Of a DNA stretch of 64,000 nucleotides, positions 47,726 to 64,000 are shown in pieces. Both the position numbers and the translations under genes were made by a program. Each line of letters opens with the position of its first letter. The stretch's first letter is position 1. The notes beneath the pieces were generated by a model. It worked only from the letters and a program-made list of their open reading frames with translations, was not told the DNA's origin and did not search any database. Source of the stretch: Amoebidium appalachense (taxonomy: Eukaryota; Protista; Ichthyosporea); the NCBI GenBank assembly GCA_963693365.1, contig CAVNZM010000015.1, forward strand, positions 3,596,001 through 3,660,000, given 5' to 3'.

Positions 47726-49981
47726 GGGCACATACGTCCGGGGTGGAGGTTGGGCTTGTCGACAGACAGCTTGTTGAGTGTGAGGGTACCCGTCTTGTCA
47801 GAGCAAAGCATGTTCATTCCGGCAAGCTCCTCAATAGCAGTAAGACGGCTTACAATGGCACCTGTAAACAGGAAAGGGAAAAAAGGGATTAGCGATGGAG
47901 AACAAAGACGAAAACAAAGAAAAAGAAAACGAAACGAAATCAGTGAACACATAGATTCAAGTAGATTCACATGTAAACGCAGAAAAGAGAGTGAGCTGCC
48001 GATATCTGTTTAGTTCATTACACAGCAATAAGCAGAAGCATTGTTTTGGTCTGTGTGGGGAGATAAGGGGATAGAGAGACCGGAAAAGAGGATGGTAGAG
48101 GGAAGGGACGAGTTGAGGAAAGGGGCCGAAGGGGGGGAGGGGGTAGAGAGGAGGGGGAGGGGGGAGGGGGAGGGCGGAGGGGGGAGAAAGGGAAGTGGAG
48201 ATGGGAAAAGGAGGGGGGGGGGGGGGGGGGGGGGGGAATGAGTTCTTACCATGCTGAGCCAGCTTGTACGCGCCCAGAGCCAAAGTCACAGACAGCACCG
48301 TAGGCATGGCAATAGGAATACCACCCACAATTACCACCAACATATTCTCGAGCGTAGGGCAGCCGCCGGCGCCGCCGACACACTCATGGTTGCGCGCGCC
48401 AAACTGGACACCAAGTTCGATAATCATCCAGAAAGCAATGGTGAAAAGACACACACCACCGATCATCGTCAGAACTTGCTGCAAGTGGCCCGTGGATTCA
48501 GTCTCACCGATGAGCTGGGCTGCCTTGCCGAAGAAAGTGTTTGAGCCCGTGCCGTACACGAGGGCCTTGCTCTCGCCTTGCTTGACCGTGGAGCCGGAGT
48601 ACGCAACCTGTGAAACGAAAAAATGGTTAGTATGTGAATAAGACGGTGGAGAAATTTGAGAGATCCCTCTGTCACCGCATTCAGCAACGAAAAGAACACA
48701 CTGAAACACCAAGAAGATACACTGTGGAGGGACTGTAACACATGGTAGCATCTACATTAACAATGTGAACGTGTGTGTGATCTATGGGGAAGGAGAGCAT
48801 CAACGAGGAAAAATGACAAGAGTGTGCGCATGTGTGTGTATGAGGGTTGTTGCTGTTGCTGTTATTGTACACGTGGTGGGTGGGTGTGTGTGTAAAGGGA
48901 GGGAAGGGAGAGGGGGGGGGGGGGGGGGGGAGGAGAGGAAAGAAAAACTACCTGTCCAGGGAAACGCTTGACGGGCAGAGACTCTCCAGTCAGTGCAGCC
49001 TGGTCAATAAGACAGAACTCAGTCTCATCCTCACCAAGAATCTTAATGTCGGCGGGAACAACGTCACCCAATCGGATCAAAATGATGTCACCGGGAACCA
49101 ATGAGGCAGCGTCTTCAGAGGAGATCTTGCCGTCGCGGAGAATCTTGGCCATGGGGGCAAGGGAGGCCATCAGGGCACCAATAGCACTGTAGGAAGAGAG
49201 ATTGTTGTTAGCAAAAGGCTAAAAGTGTTGTATGATAGTTTGTAAACACCTAATGTCTTGAGTAGTTTGCATATTTTACGAAGTTTTAACCAGGTGTGAA
49301 CATGTAGGTACTCGTGCACATATCCCAAGCTCCATACTGCATCAGTTGACACAAAACACATCTTGTAATGCCACAAAACACATCTTGTAATGCCATGTGA
49401 ATATATTTATCACACTTCATTTCTCTTGGAGGAGGATGTGAGAGGGAGGGACACAGAGGGAGGAAGGGGGGGGGGGGGGGGGGGGGGACGAAAAAAGGGG
49501 GAGAGTAACATACTCGTCGGCGCTAGACTCCTCATAGTAGCCGACACAGGCGTTGAGGAGCAGCAGGGCGATAATCAGCGCAAAATCGGCATAGTCCAAG
49601 AGGGCAATGGCAATAATGGCTGCAACCTCCATGGCCCAGGAAAGGGGATTCCACATGAACCCTGCAAGAAGAAGAGTTCGTTTTTTTTTGAAAAGAGTAC
49701 ACAAGGAAGGGAGGAAAGGGGAGCAAACTGTAACAGAAACATGAGAGGAAGAGGGGGACGATCTTGTAAAAAGAGTGCAAAGTACTCAATCTCGACGGTG
49801 AACAAGAAACATAGGGCACATTTTGAAGTGAAAGGCGCCCAAAGATGGTGGGGGAAGAGGATAGATATAAGGGATTAGGAGAAGTGGTTGACGGGAAAGA
49901 GATGCTGTGAGTACGAAGGGATTTGATTGTGCATAATTTGAAGAGATGGAAACATCGTGAGGTAGAAGGAAGGGGGTGGAA

Positions 49982-50016
<35 letters not shown>

Positions 50017-50363
50017 TGTTTACCAATGAATGCCCAGAGCTTGTTCTTCTTCTTCTCCTCCATCTTGTTGGGACCATACTGTTCGAGACGTTTCTGCAGA
50101 AGCAAGCAGGTGCCGTTAGTGCATGTGCACGTGTTGACAAAATCAAGTCATACCAAGTTATTTGATCATGAGCAACAAGTAGTATACGGAACTAAGCAAT
50201 ACAGTGCAACACACATACTCCTACAACCCAAACAGTCACCACTTCCCCAACCACCCTCATATGGAACATAAAAAGACTTCAGAAGAGAAACGGAGGGGAT
50301 GGGGGGTGGGGAGCGGCGTGGTGGTGGTGGTGGTGATGGTGGTGGTGGTGGTGGTGTGTGTGT

Positions 50364-50420
<57 letters not shown>

Positions 50421-51088
50421 GGGGGGGGGGGGGGGGGAGGGGGGCGATAAGTGAACATATTCACACACCTTAGCCTCGTCAGAAGTCAGACCGTCGGCAG
50501 TAACACCGAGCTTCTTGAGCGCCTGCTTTACCGTCATCTTCTCAAAATCGTTGCCATCGTCACCGGCGGTATCGGGAACAACCGTTCCGGCGGCACCAGC
50601 ATTCTGTGGGGGAGGCTGGCTGGGCTTGGGTGGGTCCTCCTTGTTTGAAGTTTCTGCCGGCTTGGCGGGGGCAGGGGTTGCATTGGGACCGGCGGCGGCG
50701 GTGGCTAGAGATTGGGTGGGGGCTGCTGGAACGGAGGCTGGTGCTGGTGCTGGAGGGGCAGCAGGGGGAACTGTGAAAGAAAAAGGTTGTTGGCAAGTGG
50801 TGATTCGTGTCAAGCAATCAGAAGGAACGTGAAAAGTATTCGTGTAACAACAATGACACATCCTGGTTCCAAATCACTTGCTCGAAAAGAGGCATCTATC
50901 AGTCAAAACATTCAACTTAACTTCCTAGTAGTGCACAAGAGAGTTATTGTGCTCTTACCTTCCTGGGCGGCTTGAGCAACCTTCTCAGCTTGGTCATCAG
51001 CAGCCATGGGAACGGCAGTCTCTTGTTGCTCTGCTACGTTTGTGGCCGCTGCAGCCGCCTCATTGGTAGCCTTCTCGGCATCAGACAT
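43043..51088 (-). CDS. PMA1: Plasma-membrane H+-ATPase, P-type IIIA
   Basis: 15 phase-compatible GT-AG exons: 51088-50959, 50770-50469, 50093-50024, 49661-49514, 49186-48952, 48607-48250, 47861-47736, 47414-47212, 46886-46745, 46392-46171, 45960-45595, 45253-44914, 44580-44180, 43641-43450, 43162-43043. Motifs [64 protein letters not shown]. One extra base in a homopolymer near 45145. Confidence 0.97.
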
Positions 51089-51339
51089 GGTTGCTAGTTG
51101 TAGGGCGACCCCACTTGCAGAAGAATAGTCTCTGTAAGTCAGAACAAGAAGGGGAAATGTGTTTGTGGGTGGGTAGGTAAACAGAAATAACGCACGAAAG
51201 ACAAAAAACGTACACGCAGAGTTGCACTGCGTGCGGGGAATTTGAAGTAGTCGGAAATGTCAACGTTCATTTTATACGTCGGGTGGTTTTCGTTTTAACC
51301 GTCTGCGGCAATAGTGTCAATTTTATGTAGTACGGTTAA

Positions 51340-52460
51340 CTATGATGTGATTGGAGGAATTCGGCTTGTTGGTAGGGGTGAGACCGAACCTATTTTGTAA
51401 CTGAGTTACTTTTGGTTAAAGATCAGACACTGTTTAAGCGAGTCTCCAGCTGATATTGAAACTCTTAAATCCGATTGGCTCTCGAGCTTTCCCTGCCTCT
51501 CATGGCTTTTTAGAAATATGTGAATGCAAACTTATGATATTTGAATTTTTGGGGGATTTAAAACTGAACTTACTGTAGCGTTCCCGTGGACATACACTGT
51601 TTGTTTGTTTGTTTGGGTGGAAATGGCTACTGAAACGTTAGAGAGTTTTCTTGATAATAAAATTTCCTTTTTTAGATTTTTCAAGAATATCCTGCGTTTT
51701 TTTTACTTAGAATTTTTATAAGTGATCCCCCATATATCAGTCGTGCCCAACCGTCGACCATGCTCTTGGAACCCAATCACAATTTCACAACCCCAAAGCG
51801 TTTTCCGGTTTTTGTTTTTGTAACCGATCTATTTTTGTTACGTCTTTTTTTAGTCATTGCCAATCGGAAATGAGAACCAATCACCTCCTCCTTGTTATTT
51901 CAAACGTTACCGTGACCGCCGTGCATGCACTACAGGCCTGTCGCAACAGCAAAAAAAAACAGGACGATTCGTTCTGCATACACCCAGACAGACCTATTAG
52001 AGTATAACTTTCCCGTAACTGGAACACAAATGCCGTCTGTTCCTTGAGCAATTTACCAGCTGACGTTCATCATAACGAACGAACCCCGTGAGCCACGATG
52101 CTCGAGGCACATGCGATGCATGCCACGATAGCGCACTCTGGCAACTGCCCATTAAAAATTCTGATACTAAATTTGAGATTTATACTTTTGACATAGAAGA
52201 AAGTGTGTATTGTTGTCGAATAACACAGCATTCAAACACATGAAGTGCAAAATTATGTGGTTTTTTGAGTTTGTTTATAATGAAAATATGCACTCACACA
52301 AACACAAACCCCCGGCGGCTAGGGAACTTGCGCCCGCCCGGTGGGCGGTGGGCCAGTGGCGGCACACGGTGAACGTTGCTCATTGGCTGACGTGGACAAA
52401 TTCCAATGATAAAAATTTTCAACCAATTAAAACCACTTTGAAAGACGGACATGCCATTGG
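51340..52460. promoter_or_regulatory. Microsatellite-poor upstream region of the H+-ATPase with clustered CCAAT boxes
   Basis: ccaat/attgg at about 51350, 51474, 51774, 51860, 51877, 52382, 52403, 52423 and 52456. Confidence 0.4.
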
Positions 52461-52773
52461 AATGTGGCGTCGTAACCATGCATAAAAGTGTTCACTACAC
52501 AATAGAGGGTCAAACAATTTTTTTAGCCTTGCACTCTGTTATGAAAATGCATAAATTGTAAATAGGATGTATTTAGAAGCTTTTTGGGAGTTTAAACGGG
52601 CCTGAATTACTATTGTGAGTTATCTTGTTCTTTATCTCAACATTCCGATGTGCTCATTCTGTAACATATCTATTCCGTGCCCAACTAGTGCCCATGCGTA
52701 GGCTGAGCACGTGCCTTGTGTTTGAGGCTGTGAAATGAATCCCTCAAGACTCCAACGTTACGTGCAAAAAGGG

Positions 52774-52811
<38 letters not shown>

Positions 52812-53743
52812 AAGAAGAAGAAGAAGAAGACACTCGCGTGCCTGTCATTTTAGTAAAAATCAATTTATACCGAAGCTAACAGTTGTTATAGGCCACGGTA
52901 CCGCGTGGTTATGAGATAGCTTTCCCCAGTTCAAATTCAATACAAAAACAAAGCGCGTCCCCACCGGTGACCGGAGCGTCAAAGTCCCAACCGGATAATG
53001 ACGTGTGTCGTTTTTTTTGTTTTTTTTATGGAGTCTGATGTTCTTTCCCTTTCCCACATCCTATAACCGAGGATGTATGTTGTACATGTGTACCAATTTT
53101 TCTCTGACCAGATCAATTATGCTGAGCTGAAGTCATCATTTCAAAGCCTGTCCAACGAGTACATGTACGCATACATGTAACTCAACCTAACTCGTCGACC
53201 GAGACGCGTCAGTGACGTGTAGCTTCGGAAGTCTTTGGGGATCCGTCATGACTCAGTGACCCCAGTTGATGAGAGTGGTACTCGCCGTCGGACTTCGGCA
53301 TCACTGCACTGACTCTTTGCTCTTTGCGCAGAGGCTTTTTTCTGTCTCACAGAATACATACGAACAAAAACTTGCAATTTTTTTGTTGCCATAGCTGACA
53401 AAGACTGGTGTTTTACCTGGGACGGTTCTGTGTAGCACGCTTGCATGTATGTGCGTGTGATAGCGTGCGGAATAATGCGTTTTGCCACGGTGAATTTAGT
53501 GATTCTCGAGATCCGGGAGACTCCAACATGTTCGACCTGTGCAGGCTGGACTGCAAGGAACAGTCTGCGCAAGTGTGCAGCCTCCGAGAGCCTATGCAGA
53601 AACTCTGAAATGATCACCCCCCCTTCCACCTCCCCCTCCCCCGGCCCCCCACCAGCTGCCCCCCCGGATCCCCATATCATCCACCCCCCAGTGCCGCCCG
53701 ACAGCACATGACGAACGCACACACGAGCTAGGCTGACACACAT

Positions 53744-53797
<54 letters not shown>

Positions 53798-53934
53798 AAC
53801 CACAAACACACGCACACAAACCCTGACATAAACAGGCAGACTGTGCCAATGTTGAACACACACACATGGCCATGATTCAATCACACACGGGTGACGCACG
53901 CGCATGCACACACACAAGATCACACACACACACA

Positions 53935-53984
<50 letters not shown>

Positions 53985-54018
53985 GTGATCATGACACACA
54001 CACGCACGCACACACACA

Positions 54019-54053
<35 letters not shown>

Positions 54054-54166
54054 TGTGACACACACACGCAGACAGTACCACTGTTGCACACACACACTGT
54101 GGCCATTCAATCACACACACGTGACGCACACGCGCACAGACACACACAAAATCACACACACAAAAT

Positions 54167-54199
<33 letters not shown>

Positions 54200-54276
54200 C
54201 CACACACACATGCACAGACACACAAACGCACACGTACACGACAGTGCCAGTGCTGTTGCACATACACACACACACA

Positions 54277-54344
<68 letters not shown>

Positions 54345-54521
54345 CACACGCGCACACACGGTGCCACTGTTGCACACACACACACACGTGCACACACGGT
54401 GACACCCACCCACACACACAGTCACACAGTCACACAGTGACACACATAAGGCAGACACACAGAGGCATATACATACACACACACATGTACACACCCAGTG
54501 TCACACACACGCACACACACT

Positions 54522-54616
<95 letters not shown>

Positions 54617-55508
54617 AGTACCGGTGACACACTGTACACACACATACACACACACAAACACACATACACACATACACACACACAAACACATAAACACACA
54701 TACACAGTATACGCACACACACATGTACACACCACACACACATGTACATACTGTGACCGTGACGCCATCTGATCACGACTCATACATGCATACTCTGCGG
54801 CCGCAAATTCGTGATAAATAGCTGAGGGAGCATATTACTGCAATTTACTGTAGTTAATCTGAGTCCCTTAAGCTATTCTGATTCAGTGAAAAGGCGAGGG
54901 GGGTAGTAGTATTGATTGGGGGGGGAGGGGGGGGGGGGTGGCCCGGAGAGGGGGGAGGGGGGAGGGGGGAGGGGGGAGGGGGGAGGGGGGAGGGGAGTGG
55001 AAAGGACCATTTTCATTCCCTCGACCACAGTACTACGGGTCCCTTCGGCCCCCTTGCCCCCTCCCCGGAGCGGGGGCCGCCCAGTTGGCGGGGGGAGGGA
55101 GGGGGGGGGGGGGGGGGGGGGGAAGGGAGGGACCGCCAGCCTGAGAATTCAACGGCTGGTGGCTGGCCGAGGGAGGGGAAGGTGGGGTGGGGTGGGGGGA
55201 CCACCATCCCACTCAGGGGGGAACCCAGTGGCACCCAAAATACCTATTAATCATGAAACATTAGACGGTATCCGGGACTTGGAAACTTGAAAACTGAGGA
55301 TATACTGGCACCCTTGCTATCTAATACATAGTCATCAAATATATATTAGCTTCAGATTGAGTAAAATTATCAGGCTCAGTAACAGCATAATGGCATTTCT
55401 GACTGGCTGAGTTCGTAGCGATGTTATCACCCCTCAAGAGCGCTTTTGTGGCTGTTATCTATATGTTCCTTGAAAGCTCAGAGTTTTTACTACATATATT
55501 GTTTTGAA

Positions 55509-55813
55509 ACCACGCTACACATTCCACCACTTTAGATAAACCAATGAGAGCCCAGTGTTTCAAGTTTATTCGTCGGTTCTGAGTGGAGGGGAAGCCTGGT
55601 GCTACCCACCGGCTTGGCTGGAATTGATACCCTGGGCAAAGTGTGTACATATACATGGTTAGGGTTGTTATAGGTGTGTTAGTTTAGCTACTAACATCGT
55701 AGCACATTAACTAGAGTACTGTCGGTGCTGGGTGGAAGACGGTAGTTCCCCCTGAGGGCCCCTAGGGGTACCTCCGGGAACAAAACGGGATAATAAAAAA
55801 TAAAAAATAAAAT
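55509..55813 (+). mobile_element. Short retroposed element: 3'-UTR-only relative of the LINE at 25833-29787
   Basis: Shares caatgagagccc, ccctgggcaaagtgtgtac, ttaactag.gtactgtcggtgctg, agacggtagtt and cctccgggaacaaaacg. (TAAAA)n-type tail. TSD tattgttttgaa at 55497-55508 and 55814-55825. Confidence 0.9.
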
Positions 55814-56001
55814 TATTGTTTTGAAGAAATAATGGTCGTGCAGGCAGCGCTGCAGCCAAAAACGTTAGCCAGCAAGGGGGCAAAACTAACCTTCTATGGT
55901 TAGCCACCTGCCAAAAATGGCATGTAGATGATTGTCTAATTTTGATTGGGTAACATCTGCCATCATGCTCTCAGTGACCTGCTTACACCTGCTAGGACCC
56001 C

Positions 56002-56032
<31 letters not shown>

Positions 56033-56471
56033 ACACACACATCCCTCAACCCCCAAATACCGAGGGCCCGCGCTCTCTACCCCCTTTGGAATCCAATACC
56101 GAGCGCACACTTTGTTGCTCACTTGATCGTGAACCCCTCCCCCCCCCCCCCCCCCCCCCCGCCCCGCCCTCCCTTCCCTCCCCTCCCCCTCCCCCCTCCC
56201 CCCTCCCATGCTTGCTACCCCCCACACGTCCTCCCTTACTTATTCAGACCCCCTTTTCAATCGCAACTACAAGTGTACGTGTGCATTTCCCGTTAAAGTG
56301 ACGCCATGGTGCACTCAAGAGACATGAGTCATATATATGGCATACCGAAACCACCACTACCGTAGCACGTTAGGATCAGCAAGCAGACGCCCGGAAATGT
56401 CTCAACAGGCACACAATTTGTGACACTGGGAAAAAGCGCGCACACGCACACACGAAAACAAATAGTGCTAT

Positions 56472-56549
<78 letters not shown>

Positions 56550-56847
56550 CACACACGCACACACACATGCACAGTCACGTGACTGCGCCCACACACACCG
56601 GGGCGCACAATCACAGTGTCACACACCCATGCACGCTTGCACACACAATCGCACACACGTCAGTCACAGACACACACACACACACGTGGCTCTGACTAAA
56701 CAGGAGAACAATAGAACCGTAGCTCATCCACACAGGCACACATGTACACACACACACACACACACACAGCCGCACCATGCACATACGCGCACACTGGCAC
56801 GCATACAGCCGCACAGGCACGCGCGCGCGGGCGCGCGCGCGCGCACA

Positions 56848-56933
<86 letters not shown>

Positions 56934-56999
56934 ATCGATCATGACATTGTGCAACTCTCAGACTTTTTAGCATGATAATTCTACTATCGTTGGGGAGGG

Positions 57000-57105
<106 letters not shown>

Positions 57106-57473
57106 GGGGGGGAGGGGGTGTCAGTAGTGTCGTTACAATATTATTATTCGGTATTTACTTTACATACTTCTGCACTGCCATCTGCAGCGAAGAATTCACA
57201 GCTGCTGGGAGGGGCCCTCCTTGGCAAAAAATATTTAAGTTTGTAAACTGATCAGCTATGTAGATGGCAGCAAACCTTAGGAATGTTTCAGTATGCTCAA
57301 CGTCATTCAAGTGTTAGGTGCTGGCTTGGGCAGGTGTTCGCATGAACATCACACGGTGTACACAGTAAAAATTGAATCCGATGTAGGTGCATGGGTGTGG
57401 ATGGCATGTCATTGATTCATTATTTGGCAAAAAAAGTTAATTGTGTGTGTGTTTGTTTGTGTTTGCCTGACGC

Positions 57474-57514
<41 letters not shown>

Positions 57515-57537
57515 CACGGTGTGCGTGCGTGCGTGTG

Positions 57538-57581
<44 letters not shown>

Positions 57582-57818
57582 TGTGTGCGTGCGTGTGTGC
57601 ATGCGTGCGTCCGTGCGTGCGTCCGTGCGTGCATGCGTGTGTGTGTGTGTTGGTACAGTGAGTGTACATGTGTGGGGGTACGGTGTGTGTGTCTGCGTGT
57701 GTGCGTGTTGGGGGGTGGGGGCGGGGGTGGGGGGGAAATAGCTGGCCCCTGATTCACTGTGTGCATCGTGGCCTACTAGTCTGCATGTGTGCGCATGTGC
57801 GTGTGTGTGTGTTTGGGT

Positions 57819-57863
<45 letters not shown>

Positions 57864-58421
57864 GGGAAGGAGGGGGGTTTCTCAAATAAAATTGCTCCAG
57901 GGGGAAATGTCAAAAATGACCCATTGCCCAATTCAGCAGTACACCCGAGACTCAGGAATGACTCGTTTTTACTTGGTGTATACATGTTCTGGCCACCACC
58001 ACAATAACATCATGACACCGAACAATTCCCTAGTTTTCAAAAAAAAAAAAAAAATGGTTTCTCCTACATTTGCATTTTTTGAAAGGGGTTTACACACTTT
58101 TTATTGCGTGGACACTGCCGGGGGCTCAGCCACACTCGACGGCCTACTGCGTTTTCCAGCGCAGCCAATCAAATGCAGCTAGTAAAACTTATGTACCTGC
58201 TAGGCAACAATTAGCGCCATCGTAGTATACGACACCCCTATTACATATTATGGGTAAGCAGAGGCTAGCATCGGTAGCTCCGAAAGAAAGTTAAGACACC
58301 GTATCACAATATCATACTGTGCAGCATTAATAAGGTGATCTAGGATAGTCATTTTTAAAACGGATATATTGAGGAAGAGAGGGAGAAAAGAGAATAAAAC
58401 CGCCAATAACCTCCGGTTCGA

Positions 58422-58718
58422 TTACGTTATACAGTTAGCTAATAGGTTACACTTACAGATAGATACGCATCCGCGAGTAAACCGCCCCCCACACATATTA
58501 CACATACGAGCAGGAGACACCAGAAACCGATTACACTGCCAAGCCATAATCATCTTTGCGTTTTTACACCACACCACATTACGAATAAACAAATCTATGT
58601 AGGAACGAGACTCTCTAACCGTATCCGCCATATAGGTGACTAGTAGTTGGTGTTTTTGCGGTCCTAACACAGGAAGGGACTCAACACGGATAGTAAAAAT
58701 TGTAAAAACCTTACACAA
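58422..58718 (-). pseudogene. Relic homologous to 12392-12735 (putative LINE C-terminal Cys domain)
   Basis: MIMAWQCNRFL..MCNMCGGRFTRGCV aligns with MALAWRCNRFL..KCIRCSGTFKRG*V. Confidence 0.55.
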
Positions 58719-58881
58719 GCTGCCTGTTGCGCATATTTACACCCCACACCCAACGTTAACCACCTGCCATCATCATAACTGAACAATTGACCTGTCTTAT
58801 GTTCTTACACACACCCGTCCCACTTACTTAAATTTTTACACACCAACCATTGGAGAAAAGACATGACCGTTACAGTCGGCA

Positions 58882-58914
<33 letters not shown>

Positions 58915-59323
58915 ACCAAAACACCCCCACCCCCTCCCCCCTCATCCGAAAAAAAAAATAGAAAAAAAAAAGAAAAAAGAAAAGAAAAAGAAAGGAAAAA
59001 GAAAGAAAGAACCACCATTCCCCCCTTTTTCAGCAGAAGGGGGTGCTATCAGTGTGTAACAGTTATGGATATCCCTCGACACATGTAGTCAAGTCTGTAT
59101 GTGATCACTAAAGTGCATTTTAGTGTTGCAACGACGACTACACCAGTACTTGAGTTAAGAAAACTACCTCTTCTTTTCAATAAAAACACCGATACACACC
59201 TAGCAGTGTAGAATATAGATTGCTGAGCATGGCCTTTACGTGTATGTGTTCTATATAAGGAAATTTCAGTGTTGCCAGGGTAATATCGCTAACAAAAATA
59301 AGCAATGATGAAGAAAACAACGA

Positions 59324-63692
<4,369 letters not shown>

Positions 63693-64000
63693 CTGCATGC
63701 AGATGTGTGTGAGTGATGTACGTGTGTGTGTGTGTGTGTATGTGTGTGTTGGGAAGGGTGGGAGGTGTGTGTGTGTGTGTGCGCGCGCGCCACATGATGG
63801 GAAGGGGATGGGGTTGGTGTAGGCATGGGAGAGGAGGTGGGAGGGGGTTTGAGGACGAGTGGGTGGGTGGGGATTGGGGACAAGGGTGGGGGGGGACGGG
63901 GGGGAGGACATGGTAAGAGAAAACCGGGAGACGGTCGAGAAGGCAGTACAGGGCATGGAATGGTATGCAGGAAGAGGGGGGGGGGGAGGGGGTGGTTGGG

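Overview
Repeat-rich eukaryotic genomic DNA with spliceosomal GT-AG genes. Introns and intergenic DNA are packed with poly-C/poly-G tracts and (CA)n/(GA)n microsatellites, which generate almost all ORFs in the supplied track. Four genes could be assembled by hand: the 3' part of a VASt-domain sterol-transfer protein (+, 156-4973); an intronless RGS protein with a split RGS domain (+, 20063-21592); a complete 15-exon P3A plasma-membrane H+-ATPase (-, 43043-51088); and the 3' part of a Mint/X11 (APBA/LIN-10) tandem-PDZ protein (-, 59324-63692). Two further minus-strand genes are low-confidence and unidentified. A Mint homologue beside a P3A pump suggests a non-animal holozoan such as an ichthyosporean (inference only). 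Mobile DNA comprises a 5'-truncated RT-RNase H-Zn-knuckle LINE with a perfect 16-bp TSD (25833-29787), a ~305-bp diverged 3'-end-only relative with its own 12-bp TSD (55509-55813), relics of a second LINE family, several MITE/foldback elements, a dispersed C-tract-bounded repeat and a 50-bp tandem array. The most striking observation is that the two diverged LINE 3' ends conserve a complex RNA fold (covarying hairpins plus a pseudoknot). All analysis was by eye; no searches or folding programs were run.
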